The notes: generated by a model from the letters alone, not told the origin. A stretch of 64,000 nucleotides of DNA from Octopus vulgaris (GCA_951406725.2 OX597814.1:119660001-119724000), one strand, 5' to 3'. Shown: positions 12,165-25,670, counted from the stretch's first letter. Program-made: numbers and translations.

Positions 12165-15100
12165 CAACGATCTTTGGCATAATTATATACTTTGATAAAA
12201 ACAGCTTCCTATATCAATGAAACAATACAATGAACACAGAAATGTTGACGATAAAAGTAATTTTTAAGATGATGGTGATACAGAGGAAGACGATGACGAT
12301 CGACAACCAAATTGGTCGCAATGACGACGATGGCTACTGCGATGATGATGACGACGACAGTGGCAAATGATGATGATTAAGAGACAAAACATCCCAAATT
12401 TAATACGGCAAAGTAGATGTTATTGTTGTAGGTATAGACGTATTGATTGGTAATTTCAGCGAATAAAAGATGTCTCAAAAGCAGTCCATTAAACGTAAAA
12501 CAATGCCTGTAATTAGAGTTTATTTTAAGATATATTTCCAACGTTTCTGAACTACAATTAGACACTTTCACAAATATCACGTACAGCGCGGGATATCGTT
12601 TTAGTAGCATGATCACTGTTATTTTAGAACAGTTCCAAAAGTTTCCTAGAAACTATATTATTATTATACGTATAACGTTCTACCGATAGAATATAAAACA
12701 TCATTACGTTCTGATACTCTTTATTGGAATTGTGCTTCGTACATAGATATAACATAATTTCAAGAGGTTCAGTTATCGACACCAATTCCACGAAGCACAC
12801 ATGCACACGCACTCACACACAGAGGAATATGTATGTGTGTGAATATTTGTCACATAAAAGTCGCATATATCAAAAATATCTGCTTAGAGTTTGAGAGAAA
12901 TATCAGTTTGAAACGAATTTATAGAAAGCATTTCTACTTCTAATGCCTACTACTTCTTCAGTTTTTACACGTAAGCCAGTGTACAAACATGCATATCTGC
13001 AGGTGTGTGTTTGAATGTATAGTGGAAAGTTTAGAAGTAATCGTGAAGCTGTCTTCAAAAGTGTTAAGATGCAGTGAAATAATTTTGATTCATAAGAGAT
13101 GGCCATATGTTTCGCTCTATACAACGCATTTCAAACGCATGTGTTACTTGTTCAACTGATTGAATAAAGTACAAGGAATGGAATTGGATATTCAGGCAAA
13201 ACTATTTTTAATATAGAAGATATTATGCCTTTATAATATAAAAATGAATAGACGATGAGGTTACACTAGTAGAGGATCGTAGTGTTTCGCAGAAATACAA
13301 GGAAGAATTATAATCAGACGCAAATGGAAAGAAGATAGGAAAATGGGAAAGTATGTGTTTGAATGTAACACCAAAACAAAGTAATACAGAAGAGAAAATG
13401 TTCTTAACATTTTTCTCTTCTTAATTAATACAATAACTATAATGAGGGAAATAGGTTAGTGGTGTATGTAATTGGGAACTTAATTCAGATTAAAAGTTAG
13501 AAAGCTCGGAAAAAACAATTTTAGTCGGAAAGAAATAATGCATATTAATTATTCTTGATAATTGGCTGTTAATTATTTAGAAGGAATTTCTATTCTAGGA
13601 CTTAGAAAACTCTCGTGATCATACATCCCTTCTCATTTTGGTATATATTTGATCAATTAAATTACCATCATATTAATTTGAAAATTTGTAACAAATGAAA
13701 TTATTTCAGAGCCATCTGTAATAAATGAAATTATTTCAGATTTGAATGTAATATAGTTGTGAGATATAGAGAGATAAACAGATAGAGAGACAAATAGACG
13801 AATAAACAGAATAACATAGGTAGATAGATAGACAGACAGACAGACTGATATATTGATAGATAGGACAAGGACGTGTGAACTGAATTTGGAACGGGAAGGA
13901 TCGATGATTTTAATGTGAATACCCTCTTTGACACTTCAGATCAATGTTGCTTATGCATTCTTTCAACTATATGCATATATTTTTAGGTGTTATGAACACA
14001 CAGACAGAGACATTTCCTGGTAGATCGATAGATATACATATTTCTGATTTGAAATAATTGCACTTACCATTTCTGAAGGAAATATGAAAAACGATTTTCT
14101 TAAGAGTCATTCCCCTTAATATACACCTCATACACCATGTAACTCATTTGTTTACAGCTTACTATGTTTTGTAGCTGTTTGACATCAGCTTTCATATAAA
14201 TTATTGAGTTGCATAATTCTCACGTTGATTACTTCATTACTTCGGCTGTATAAGTGCTAGAAGTTTTAAAATTCACACTTTGAAACATGCGATAAAAGGC
14301 AGATTGTGTTGTAATAGACATTGCTTTCGATCAGTACATCATAGATATGAGATTATAATTTTCTGAACGGTCATATTATTTTGTAGCAGTATTTCTTATA
14401 ATATTATAAGGTTTTGTTGATTCAATATCTTTCCTTACTATAACCGTAAAACCACAATCAGACGTTAAATAGTTTACATCAACTAGTTTTTAAGCAGGGT
14501 ACAAAGAAAATTGAAACCACTTGCATAAGTCAGACCGTGCGTTCAAATGGATATATAATACCACAAACACACATTATTTGTAGTATATGCGATACACTGG
14601 CGATTTACATGATAGCTTTATCTAGTTATGAGTTTGCCGTGCTTTTGGAGTTTGACACAGGTACGCACGCACACCTATTGCTTTCATTAAAAAAGAGACG
14701 GTTATTTAAAATTAATAGTGATTCAGTTACATACACCGGATTATTTATTCAAATCAGCAGCAATTTGCAAAAGCAGTCACTGCATTATTCACCGTTTTCT
14801 ATATCAGAGGGGGGAAATCTCGTCAAGGAATATGGCTTGCTACATGTGCACATCATTGAACAGATCCAACAAAGTTGAAGTTCATCTGGCTTCCTTGCTA
14901 ACCGTCCCCACCGCCGGGATGGTAGTTCGTCTCCCTTCGATATTTAATAGTGTTTGTACACATAACACTTCCACAAGACAATCTGGTCGAAAATTGCAGA
15001 GTACTGCGTGTCAGCGTTTTATATACATGAAGTACAATTCATATCACTCTTTTTCTCTTACTGTATATGTATATTACACCATTTACATGTCTCCTCCTCT

Positions 15101-15422
15101 GACTCCTGAACACATTCTTTACACTGTTTACTTATAATCTATTCCACACGTACACTTATGCCCATACAGATTACAAATACAGCTGTACACACCCCTTTCC
15201 ACTTCACACACACAAGCTCCCACACTTCCACTCCCTTCAGCATACGTACAGTAGCGCGCACACAGCTCCAAATACCTACACCCTTGGTCACTCCTATTGC
15301 ACCCGACACATCCATCATGTTCGACCATATCCATCCCTCGACAACACATACGTCAGATAGTCTCACACCCACTTACAAGAGACCTTACACACATACTAAC
15401 ATGCATAAACGCAGAATATGTA

Positions 15423-15836
15423 TACTCTTTTCTCTTTTACTCTTTTACTTGTTTCAGTCATTTGACTGCGGCCATGCTGGAGCACCGACTTTAGTCGAGC
15501 AAATCGACCCCGGGACTTATTCTTTGTAAGCCCAGTACTTATTCTATCGGTCTCTTTTGCCGAACCGCTAAGTGACGGAGACGTAAACACACCAGCATCG
15601 GTTGTCAAGCAATGCTAGGGGGACAAACACAGACACACAAACACACACATACATATATATATATACATATATACGACAGGCTTCTTTCAGTTTCCGTCTA
15701 CCAAATCCACTCACAAGGCATTGGTCGGTCCGGGGCTATAGCAGAAGACACTTGCCCAAGATGCCACGCAGTGGGACTGAACCCGGAACCATGTGGTTGG
15801 TTAGCAAGCTACTTACCACACATCCACTCTTGGGCC
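15423..15836 (-). mobile_element. SINE family A, full length (tRNA-like head, internal (TA)/(TG) tract, (AGTAAAAG)n tail)
   Basis: Minus-strand head carries A-box-like TGGATGTGTGG and B-box-like GGTTCAGTCC. Colinear with the copies at 37589, 41449, 43719, 44670 and 54724. Confidence 0.93.
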
Positions 15837-16240
15837 TATGTTCATATTAACTTCATATGCACACACTTTATCCAGCAGCTCCATACTCACAGGTCAACTG
15901 ATACCAGAGACATGCCCACTTGCTCACATGCAAGGGCATGTCTCCTTTGCTATCACGCCACGGGCTACTTCCTTCCTAGCGCTCTGTTTAACATGTAGCA
16001 TTGTTATTCAGAAACGTTTTTTCTCTCCATTTGCTTCTTTCTCCATCTGCTTTCTGTCTTTCTTTCTTTCTGTAGACTTGTTACATTTCTTTGAGCATCA
16101 ACCTAGTATACCTTTTTTTGTTGTTGTTACGTCACCTGTCTCTGCTCTTGGTATACTTTTGAAGCACACACACACACATACACAGAGACTTATATTTATA
16201 TACACACACTTTATTGCCCCACAGAACTATTAAAAATAAT

Positions 16241-16456
16241 GGGCCCGGTTTCCCGGTTTCAATGGCGTATGTGTGCCCCAGCTGGACGGGACGCCAGTCC
16301 ATTGCAGCGTTACTCATTTTTGCCAGCTGAGTTGATTGGAGTAACGTGAAATGAAGTGTTTTTCTCAAGAATACAACGCGTCGCCCGGTCCAGAAATCGA
16401 AACTACAATCTTACTATCACGATGCTGACACCCTAACCACTAAGCCACGCGCCTCC
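16241..16456 (-). mobile_element. SINE family B (tRNA head plus V-SINE-like core)
   Basis: Minus strand reads GGAGGCGCGTGGCTTAGTGGTTAGGG (A box) ... GTTTCGATT (B box) ... GCAATGGACTGGCGTCCCGTCCAG (V-domain-like). Confidence 0.8.
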
Positions 16457-18059
16457 ACATCATACACCTATTAGTTTGTGAAAATTAGGAGCGTTAGAAT
16501 TATTCTTTTAATCACTCTAAATGAAAACGTTCTTACTGTGTTCGACTCTATTTTCGGCCTAAATGCAAGAGTATCAAATGCCAGAATATTCACTGATTCT
16601 TTCAATGAAGATATGTTCCGTATGCTTCATATTTACTTTTTGTCACAAGTATAGTGGCTTACATTTTGCTCTCTACCAATGACTGGCTAAATCCAATTTT
16701 TCTGTCATTTCACGGCTTCAAAAATTCCCTGTATCCTTACTTGCAGGATGCTGCTGATCTCAACTTTATATTCTAATGTACAATTGTATCAGATCGAGTA
16801 CTCACAAATCGTGATGGCAGTCACTTCCTATGAAACCGTTGTTCAAGAGAAATGTCCTTATATACTTTTCCGGATTTGTATGGACATGAGATATTTGCCA
16901 AAAATAAACTGGGGATAGACAATTTCTTTAATCGCCACAGATTCGAACAATATAACCATACATAGTTTAGTCAAGATATTGCTTTTCAGGCTGATTGGTT
17001 GTATGTTGGTTATTTCTTATAATTGAAACAATTTATAATATTGGCATGCCAGTAACACATAACCTAATACACCGTACCTCGTCTAAACACTGCAAAATAA
17101 ATATTTCCAACGTTCTAAATGACTTCACAGCCCCAGCCACAACCGATTTCACTATATATATATATATATATATAACAGGTTGATATAACGTACTGGAATT
17201 TTACGTTTCTTTCTTTTCTTATCTAGCTTGAAGCCAAAGAAAAAATAAAAACAAAATGCAGCTGGCCAGGTCTCTCACAACCAAGCATCAACATACGCTT
17301 ACACGAAAACAAATTAGTAAAGACTCATTCATGGTGAATATCGCCTCAGAACATATTGAAATTGCTTTTACACGCTATTAACTAATTAAAGTTAATTACA
17401 ATGCAGTAACATCCTTTAGGTCAGATCAATACAAACCTAGTTTTGAGATTTAAATATTTTGAAACAGATAATTTCTATTATTTTCTTTGAAGATTAACAC
17501 CCATACAGTCCTCAGTCTGGGTGTTTAATCATTAGCTTCAGTAAAATTATAATGGATGGAATTGATGCGAAACAAATATTTAAATAAACTAATATCTATA
17601 ACGGCTAAAAAATAAAAGAATCATGACTATAGCGCATGATATAGTTATCATAGTGTTTTGTTTCCTTTAGTAAATTAGATACCCTTATGACTTTAAACAA
17701 GTTACATTAATTGACAGTGAAAAGCTACAAATATTCTAAGCGAATTGAAAAAAATCTGCATTTATATGGTTTGTGATGATAATTTAGTCGTACACTGATT
17801 AGTTTGTGAACAAACAATTTCACCATCGATAAAGATTCGTGTACATGACTTCTTTAATCCGTTGTAAGTAAGACTATTGTTTGAACAGTGAGCTATTTCT
17901 ATTAAAGATAAATATACAGAAGTAGTAAAAGTGCTTTGCTGACACTCATATACTTATATGCATCTCTGACTATGTATGTATGTAGGTAGGCAGGTATGTG
18001 TGTGGTATTTTCTATGTTTGCATTTATGTTCGTTGCTCTTGATCTAAGCAATATATCTT

Positions 18060-18300
18060 CTAACTCTCTCAGTCATTAGACCACGGTCATACTGCGACAC
18101 CGCCTTGAAGAATTTTCAGTCGAATGAGTAAACAATAGTACTTATTTTTTTATAAAGCCCGGTTGTCAAGTGGCTGTGGAGGACAAACACTATGGTCGAC
18201 CCGAAACAATAGCAGAAGGCACGTTCCCAAGGATCTACGCAGTGGAACTCAACCAACGGCCGTGTAGTTGGGAAGCAAGATCCTTACCACACAATCGTCC
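18060..18300 (-). mobile_element. Degenerate, internally deleted SINE family A copy
   Basis: Recognisable pieces: CAGTCATT, CACCGCCTT, AGTACTTA, GGTTGTCAAG, ATAGCAGAAG.CAC and CTTACCACACA. Confidence 0.65.
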
Positions 18301-18309
18301 CTGTCTGTC

Positions 18310-18412
<103 letters not shown>

Positions 18413-18523
18413 AATTCGGGGTGAGTACTTGATAATTATAAGCACCTGTGTATACCGTTTGGTGGTGTAGGTGGTGGAGTAAATTGATCAAAATAAAAAT
18501 AAAAACATGAGGCGAAGGATTCA

Positions 18524-18601
18524 GCGGTACATATGTTTCGGGCCTTTATTAGACAGATTTATAACAAAGCATAATGTATGTCTGTGGCCTTCTTCAGCCG
18601 C
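18524..18601 (-). ncRNA. Type I minimal hammerhead ribozyme motif with intact core
   Basis: Minus strand reads GCGG-CUGAAGA-A-GGCC-(41 nt)-GGCC-C-GAAA-C-AUAU-G-UA-CCGC. Stem I is 4 bp, loop III is palindromic and the triplet is GUA. Confidence 0.75.
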
Positions 18602-18606
18602 GCACA

Positions 18607-18682
18607 GGCTGAAGAAGGCCACAGACATACATTATGCTTTGTTATAAATCTGTCTAATAAAGGCCCGAAACATATGTACCGC
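18607..18682 (+). ncRNA. Mirror hammerhead copy in the right arm (stem I truncated)
   Basis: Same core as the minus-strand copy, but only GG/CC of stem I remains because the arm starts inside stem I. Confidence 0.55.
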
Positions 18683-18719
18683 TGAATCCTTCGCCTCATG
18701 TTTTTATTTTTATTTTGAT

Positions 18720-18761
<42 letters not shown>

Positions 18762-18782
18762 GTGTGTGTGTATGTGTGCGTA

Positions 18783-19077
18783 GAGGCGCAATGGCCCTGT
18801 GGTTAGGGCGGCGGACTCGCGGTCGTAGGAACGCTGTTTCGATTCACAGACCGGGCGTTGTGAGTGTTTATTGAGTGAAAACACCTGAAGCTCCACGAGA
18901 CTCCGGCAGGGGGTGCAATCCCCGCTGTACACTTTCACCGCAACCTTCTCGCACTCTTTCTTCTGTTGGCCTGCTCGCTTAGCCAGCGGGGTGGCGTCAT
19001 TTGAAGGTTAAAACAATGCGAAGCGCATCGTGACCAGCGATATGTAGCAACATCTGATAGCCTGGTCGGTCACGGTG

Positions 19078-19079
<2 letters not shown>
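18783..19079 (+). mobile_element. SINE family C (tRNA-derived)
   Basis: GAGGCGCAATGGCCCTGTGGTTAGGG (A box) and GTTTCGATTC (B box), a GC-rich body, and the end GGTCGGTCACGGTGATA followed by (TA)n. Confidence 0.85.
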
Positions 19080-19158
<79 letters not shown>

Positions 19159-19789
19159 GCATGTATAATGAATATTAATGGATCCTTCCGTAGATATGGA
19201 ATCTACATTCTCATTTAATATTTAACGCACATGATTACGTTTCAGATTATTCCAGATTATAAACTATGCGTAAAACATCACGCTATCTGCTTAAATGAAC
19301 GTTAGAGAACGGACATTAAAGAATGAAATGAACACAAAATGGAAGACAGAGATGAAACAATTTAAAACATTGTCCTTCAGGTTAAAATTGATATTCTACT
19401 CAACAACACACTTAATTCCTTATATTATTTCTTTCGAACAATAGCTAAGATATATCTCGAGGAAAATTTACTAATTGTATTCACTTCAATGGAAATGAAA
19501 AATAATCAGTATTGAATTCATTTCATTGTTATGTATTTATTAATTCTTTCCATAAGGTGATAAATATCGTCTCCTTCAGTTCATGCTTAAAATAACATGA
19601 ATAATTACTTTGAGAATAAGAAGAGAAAAATCTATGTTTTCTGTAGAGAAATTGATTGTATTTAAATAAAATATCAACTGGTTTCTCTCCTCCTTTTGTT
19701 TGAAAATTACTTTTTCCTATAAAGCATAATTGAAGTTAAGATATCCTGAGTGAAATAAATCAAAAGTATTTCAATATGGCAAAAGTTAA

Positions 19790-20039
19790 TATATATATGC
19801 GTCGTATGTTTGTATAGATTATATATGTATAAACACACATAGATATATATATATGCATATACATATATGCATAAACATACGCACATATATATAAATATAT
19901 ATATACATACATATACATACATACATATATATACATATATACATATATACACATATATATATACATATATATATACATGCATATATATATATATACATAT
20001 ATATATATATGCACATATATATATACATATATATATACA

Positions 20040-20083
<44 letters not shown>

Positions 20084-20140
20084 CATACATATATACATAC
20101 ACACATATACATATGTACATATATATATACATACATATAT

Positions 20141-20193
<53 letters not shown>

Positions 20194-20272
20194 CATATAT
20201 ATATATACATATATATACATATATACACATACATATATATACATATATACACATACATATATATACATATAT

Positions 20273-20326
<54 letters not shown>

Positions 20327-20330
20327 TCAC
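19790..20330. repeat. Long compound (TA)/(CATA)/(CA) microsatellite
   Basis: Direct reading; source of six overlapping spurious ORFs. Confidence 0.97.
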
Positions 20331-21551
20331 ACTCACCATATATTAAGACTGAATTATTTTACTCACACATCTGGGAATGAAAAAAATTCATGTTTTGGTG
20401 AAGAAATTACGAAGATAGTTTTTGCTTTCCCAGAATATACGCCATACCTATAAGTCATTGCATAATACCAATATGTATTTACCGGAAACACGAAAATCGC
20501 ATTACGCTCTCATATGTATATGCAAAATGATCTTATAAGTTTTTGTTGTCGAATATGAATTGAAGAAATGAAGCGGAAATTCCATTTTAGAAACCCACTT
20601 TTTATCATTCATCGGACTTTGCTTTTCTGTACAATTCGACAAATGACAGCTAAGAACGGCTTCGAAATTTTCTATAGCAAATTTTAATTGTAAGTATCTG
20701 TTTGTTTTCTTTTATTTCATGAGACACTGCGTAATGGAGAAAGAATCCGAAATTAAATATAACAGTTTTTTGCTGTTATAAGGTGCTATAATAACTGTCA
20801 AAATGTCACTACTTCAGTTTTAAAAGGCCTTTTGAGATGATAACCCAAATTCAAATCTACGTTGTGAAATGTTTTTCTAGTGGAGCACAATTTAGTGATC
20901 CTTTACTTTATAAAGATGCATTGAGGAACCTTCTTTCATCATCTTCCTCTAGAACTGTTTCAGATATCTGAAGGCCATGCAATTTGCATACAACTATTCT
21001 CCCAATTTTCATGTATCAGTAACCATACGATTCAGGAAGCACTCACTGGTATATAAGGAAACCTGCAGTATCATTTGGCTGCAGCTCTTCGCCTCTTTAT
21101 ATACGGAAGATCTACTATTGCGCTTTTGAGTGCAATATCTATAAAGGGTAGCGCGAGTATGAGCCAATCTCCTACGAATTTGTTATCTAAATGTTCTCGT
21201 TTAAATTATATTTAACGTACCTGAAATGGGCAAAACACTCTCCGTGAAGTCGCTCTTGCCGCGTTTGTTGATCTGAGACCAGGCGTCTTAATTGATATCT
21301 TTCTAATCTTTACAATCAGATTCTCTACAATTTCAGAGCGACCGACATTCCTTAAGATGATAATTCATTAAAAAATGAAGAAAGCATTGTTGGGTTTTGG
21401 TGGTTCATATATAAATATATGATGAGTAAAGCACCGGCACAGTTTCGATTACCTGTTGTTATACGTAGATTTATTGCAGGAACTTCGTAGTGGCGGTTTG
21501 GGTAACAGTATTAATAAAATAGGAGATGGAACGTGTAATAGACTTTATTGG

Positions 21552-21593
21552 GCACAACACATATTTCGACCCGCTCTGGGTTTCTTCAGGTAC
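21552..21593 (-). ncRNA. Minimal hammerhead ribozyme-like motif followed by AATAAA (Penelope pLTR-like)
   Basis: Minus strand reads GUAC-CUGAAGA-A-ACCC-AGAGC-GGGU-C-GAAA-U-AUGU-G-UU-GUGC, then CCAATAAA (TTTATT at 21544-21549). Confidence 0.65.
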
Positions 21594-21914
21594 AGCAATG
21601 AAAAATCTCGCCAGAGATTTCTTATGTCGGTTTACGTAGCGGTATATGTCCTTCAAATTCGAGAATGAGTAAAATCAGAAAAAAATTATTGAAACGCAAG
21701 AAGTTCAAATATTAACGTGAAAAGTTAATATTTTCTCTAGCTTAGAGAAAATGAGGTAATCAGCTTTCGCTATTGTAAGGGTTAACAGAAAGAAAAGGGA
21801 GTAGAAGTTGAAAGGAAGATAATACTTGGACGATTTTTTTTTTCGTGCTTAGACGCATATATACATACACAGATATATATGCACATATACATATGGGCAT
21901 ATACATACAACTAG

Positions 21915-21975
<61 letters not shown>

Positions 21976-22045
21976 TAAAAAGAATTCCAACCTTGTCTGA
22001 TTTTCACGTTTTATTTACAATCTTATAATGATATATTATAGGCTA

Positions 22046-22115
22046 ATTTGTTGGTGTAATGGTAACACACTTAGTCATGTTAACAAAGAGATGTGGGTTC
22101 AAGTCCCACATGGAT
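22046..22115 (+). pseudogene. tRNA-like pseudogene or isolated SINE head
   Basis: D arm GTGT-AATGGTA-ACAC and perfect T arm GTGGG-TTCAAGT-CCCAC. Acceptor ATTTGT/ATGGAT is wobble-rich. The anticodon arm is disrupted, so the isotype cannot be assigned. Confidence 0.6.
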
Positions 22116-22140
22116 AGGAAATCCTTCTTTAATATATATC

Positions 22141-22174
<34 letters not shown>

Positions 22175-23695
22175 CCTGTGTGTGTGTGTATGTGTGTGTG
22201 TGTGTGTAAAATATGCGTGTGTGAGACAAAGTCGGATAGAGAAGAAGAGATGGTGAGACATCAGGCATAGACATAATGATACACTTTATTGCTCTCCGTT
22301 TCCTTCATGCAATATACACGTACGTATTAGATAGTGCATAGTTTAAACTGTTGTGAATATCACTGTTGAGGACAAGACAACTCGATGAAAAAGGGCAAGC
22401 TAAATATACTCTCAAGTAGTAGATTTCGAGCTAAAATAAAACAAATCTGTGCTGAGCTGTAGGCATCAAATTGCAAATTCTGCACGATGTACAGTAGATT
22501 TCACGGTTGTTTATAGTTATCTATTGGTTCTGGAGGAAGTTTCAGTTTATTGGGAGAAGCTTTTGTCATTCCTTTCTCGAAATATCCATTTCGAATAATA
22601 TGTACTCATACAGACATGGGAATAGGCAAACAGCTACAACAGAAATAAACGTTATGGAAATGGTAACGTTCTACATATTAGACACAAATTCGATAAAGAT
22701 CGCACAAATTTTGAATGGTGAATTGAACAACTTGGATTAATTAAGATTAGAAGAAGAAAAGTACCCCCAAGGGTATTTAAAACCTTGAAGCAACAAATGA
22801 AATATACAAGCCCAATAAAATCAATTTATTGACAATTTTGAAAACGGAAAATGCAATGCGATGGAGCTACTTGCTGTCGGTAAGCAAGGTGGCAAATGCA
22901 ACAGCTACATTTCGGCTTTAGAAGACCTCAGTGGAACATATTCTACTGAGATGGAAAGAATAAAAATCACACACACACATACACACACAGATTTACATTT
23001 GTCGCGAAACTGTGGCCCAATGATGAGGAAAAAAACTCACAGGTAAGGGTAATGCACTGTAAATACAAATTCCTGAATATATATATACACGCACAGGAAT
23101 AAAGGGAGAGAGAGAAAGAGAGTCACACACACGCAGACGTAAATGTAAAAATGTATGAACACTATATTTGTAATCACTTTTGCTTCATTGTAACCTATAT
23201 ACATGAAAGTTTAGAATGCATGCTGTTTTAAAATCTATCCTGTATTGAAGCTACATTAATGTGTCCCCTTCCCGAGAGCCAAAATTTCATTTTCCGTTTC
23301 AAAAACGAACTGCTGTCACATTTAATTATGCTACTCTCCCGGCAATAATTTATTTTTCTTTTTGCTTTTTTTATTACTGTGTTTCTTTTTACCCGGTTTT
23401 CATCTACCTTTCATTTTATTTGTAGAATTTTTATATTCAGTTGGGATAAAATTATTTTCTTCGTGAACATTTTCCCTAAGAATAGAACTCTTATTTGATA
23501 TGTGAATATTTCGTGTCTGTTGTATATCAAATTAAAGAAAACGGAAAGAAGCCAATCGTAATAAAAGGTAAAATAGAAAAAGCAAGGAGACGTGCAACTT
23601 AGCCTACTTGCAACAATAGAAACTAATGATTCAGGTAACAAAATATTCTGTTATGTACAGGCATTAGGCGTACTAATATATTCATTTCAGTTGTC

Positions 23696-23820
<125 letters not shown>

Positions 23821-23899
23821 ATTTCGCTCACATGCATACACACACGTTTACATGTCTCTCATTCCTACTCGTGGAGTCTGGGTAATTTGGCTACAGTCA

Positions 23900-24145
23900 T
23901 CTTGGATCTCCACCTTTTAGTCGAATGGATCTTTTCTATGACCTACTGATTTTAAAGCAGGGTATATATTTTATTGGTGTCGATTGCCTAATAGCTCGGT
24001 TACAGGCTTCTTTCACTTCCCATCGACCAAATTAACCCAGAATGGTTCAGTCGGTCCGAGCAAGACACTTGCCGGAGAAACCACGCAGTGGGACTGAAGT
24101 TGGAAACATGTTGCGAAGCAAATTTTTTACCACACAGCCACACCT
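23900..24145 (-). mobile_element. Degenerate SINE family A copy
   Basis: Contains CAAGACACTTGCC, CCACGCAGTGGGACTGAA and TTACCACACAGCCAC. Confidence 0.7.
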
Positions 24146-24166
24146 GCTATCTCTCTCTCTCTCTCT

Positions 24167-24218
<52 letters not shown>

Positions 24219-24393
24219 GTATATAAGCGAAATACCTAGTTGCAAAATCTCAAGATGAGATGAGATTAGGAACTATACTAACAAGTAAAGTTAACCGCCA
24301 CATTAATGTGACTGTTCTAACTTTCTGCTTGTATGACCTCAGACAGACCTTCCGCCTCCTGGTTATCGGGGCAGCACTGCACCCTTTACATAC

Positions 24394-24651
24394 TTATTGC
24401 CAGCAGGAGAGCTAACCCCTGCCATCCTCCAGCAGCCGACGTACTGCGAGGCCGTTTCGGTTTCGAGCTAGTTTGCTCATCGTCAGTCACGAACACCACT
24501 CCAATGTATTGTTAGCAGGAATGGACTGACTATTTCTCTGGCCACCAGGTGTTCGCGACTGGGGATGAACAAGCTACCTCGAAACTGAATCGCTTTCGCC
24601 ATCATGTCATCTCCTGGAGGATGGTAGGTGTTCGCTCCCTGCTGGCAATAA
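24394..24651. repeat. Diverged palindrome: about 104-bp arms with a 50-bp spacer and a hammerhead in each arm
   Basis: TTATTGCCAGCAGGAGAGC...CCATCCTCCAG...GAACACC (24394-24497) is inverted relative to GGTGTTC...CTGGAGGATGG...GCTCCCTGCTGGCAATAA (24548-24651). Confidence 0.9.
24446..24490 (-). ncRNA. Type I hammerhead ribozyme motif with one core substitution
   Basis: Minus strand reads GUGA-CUGACGA-U-GAGC-AAACUA-GCUC-GAAA-CCG-AAA-CGG-CC-UCGC. The expected GUC triplet reads GCC. The + strand mirror at 24555-24599 is more decayed (CUGGGGA). Confidence 0.75.
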
Positions 24652-24669
24652 TACGTTTCACTCACTCAC

Positions 24670-24708
<39 letters not shown>

Positions 24709-24722
24709 TATATATATATATA

Positions 24723-25241
24723 TCTATATATATAAAACTGTACTTATGCGAGTGTCTGTCCCCTTCGATTTAGATTCCTAACTACTCCCACATTTTGCGG
24801 TGCAGTTTAACCAAATTCGGGTATCTTATAGTCGTGATCAATATCGAGCCCGTCTGGCTATTAGCGCGCGTCTACGATGAGGCTACGATTTTAAAAATAA
24901 TTTAACATCATTTTTTATTCCATTTTAATGCATAATATTTCTTGTGTCGATGGCGGTGGAGTTGGCGTCCACGCTCAAACACCTGCACCTGTGTTTGCAT
25001 ATCCCCCTTCTTCCCTCCCTCGTGAAGCTGTGGGGAAGGGAGTGTAAGCAAAAAAAAAACGTCGTAAAGCGTTGTCAAGGAGACCAGCGTTCTTTTAGAA
25101 CAACGACTTCATGGCTTGAAGACACCAAAACAGAAATGGCTAAGAAAGCCCGAATTGGCATCTATAAGGGAAGTAACTCTCTAAAAATGCTTATATAGTT
25201 ATTTCCCTTACACACCCGAGCAACGCCGGGCGATACTGCTA

Positions 25242-25242
<1 letters not shown>
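24723..25242 (+). mobile_element. Non-autonomous Helitron
   Basis: 5' end A|TCTATATATATAAAA, subterminal hairpin CCCGAGCAACGCCGGG (25215-25230), 3' end CTAG|T, and no target-site duplication. Confidence 0.85.
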
Positions 25243-25274
<32 letters not shown>

Positions 25275-25277
<3 letters not shown>

Positions 25278-25670
25278 TTTTAATCGTTTCAGTCATTGGA
25301 GTGCAGTCATTGAAGAGATTTTTGTCGAAATAATGGACCCCAAGAATCCATCAAGATCAACGGTCTGAATCACCAAACTCTATGAAGAGTGTAACTGCAA
25401 CGCATCCAAAGGGGCAGTGTCTACGGTTGTGTATTCAGCTAATGAAAGATTCATTATGACTGAAGCTCCCATTTAAAATATAATTCAATAGAGTGGCAAT
25501 GGAGATTCACAGGAATCCAATGGGTTTTTTTCAGTTTCCGTCTAATGTATCTAATCACACGGCTTCGGTCAGCCCGGAGCTATAATAGACACTTGCCCAA
25601 AGTGCCATGCATTGAAACTGAACACTAGGTCACATAATTGGAAAGTAAGCTTCTTATTTACACATATACT
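25275..25670 (-). mobile_element. Degenerate SINE family A copy with unrelated internal sequence
   Basis: Tail piece GTTTCAGTCATT near 25286. Head piece TTTCAGTTTCCGTCTA...GACACTTGCCCAAAGTGCCA at 25529-25610. Confidence 0.65.

Larger units (their letters stand above)
18483..18723. repeat. Perfect palindrome: 117-bp arms with a 7-nt loop
   Basis: 18483-18599 is the exact reverse complement of 18607-18723, checked base by base. The loop is GCGCACA. The element lies between (TA)n tracts. Confidence 0.97.

Noticed and set aside
13388-13421. Short AT-rich hairpin; similar ones near 57450 and 59412
   Set aside because: Too short and low in complexity to distinguish from chance or MITE remnants.
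14537-15137. 113-aa and 139-aa ORFs, including a CxxC
   Set aside because: No recognisable domain (no YIG motif of GIY-YIG) and no splice support.
15612-15998. Recurrent peptide LSVSVYQIHSQ...EDTCPRCHAVGLNPEPCGW in several ORFs, suggesting a gene family
   Set aside because: It is the antisense translation of SINE family A, not a protein family.
19707-20453. Longest ORFs in the track (up to 210 aa, YIYIY...), and similar ORFs at 53172-54408 and elsewhere
   Set aside because: They are translations of stop-free (TA)/(CA)/(GATA) microsatellites.
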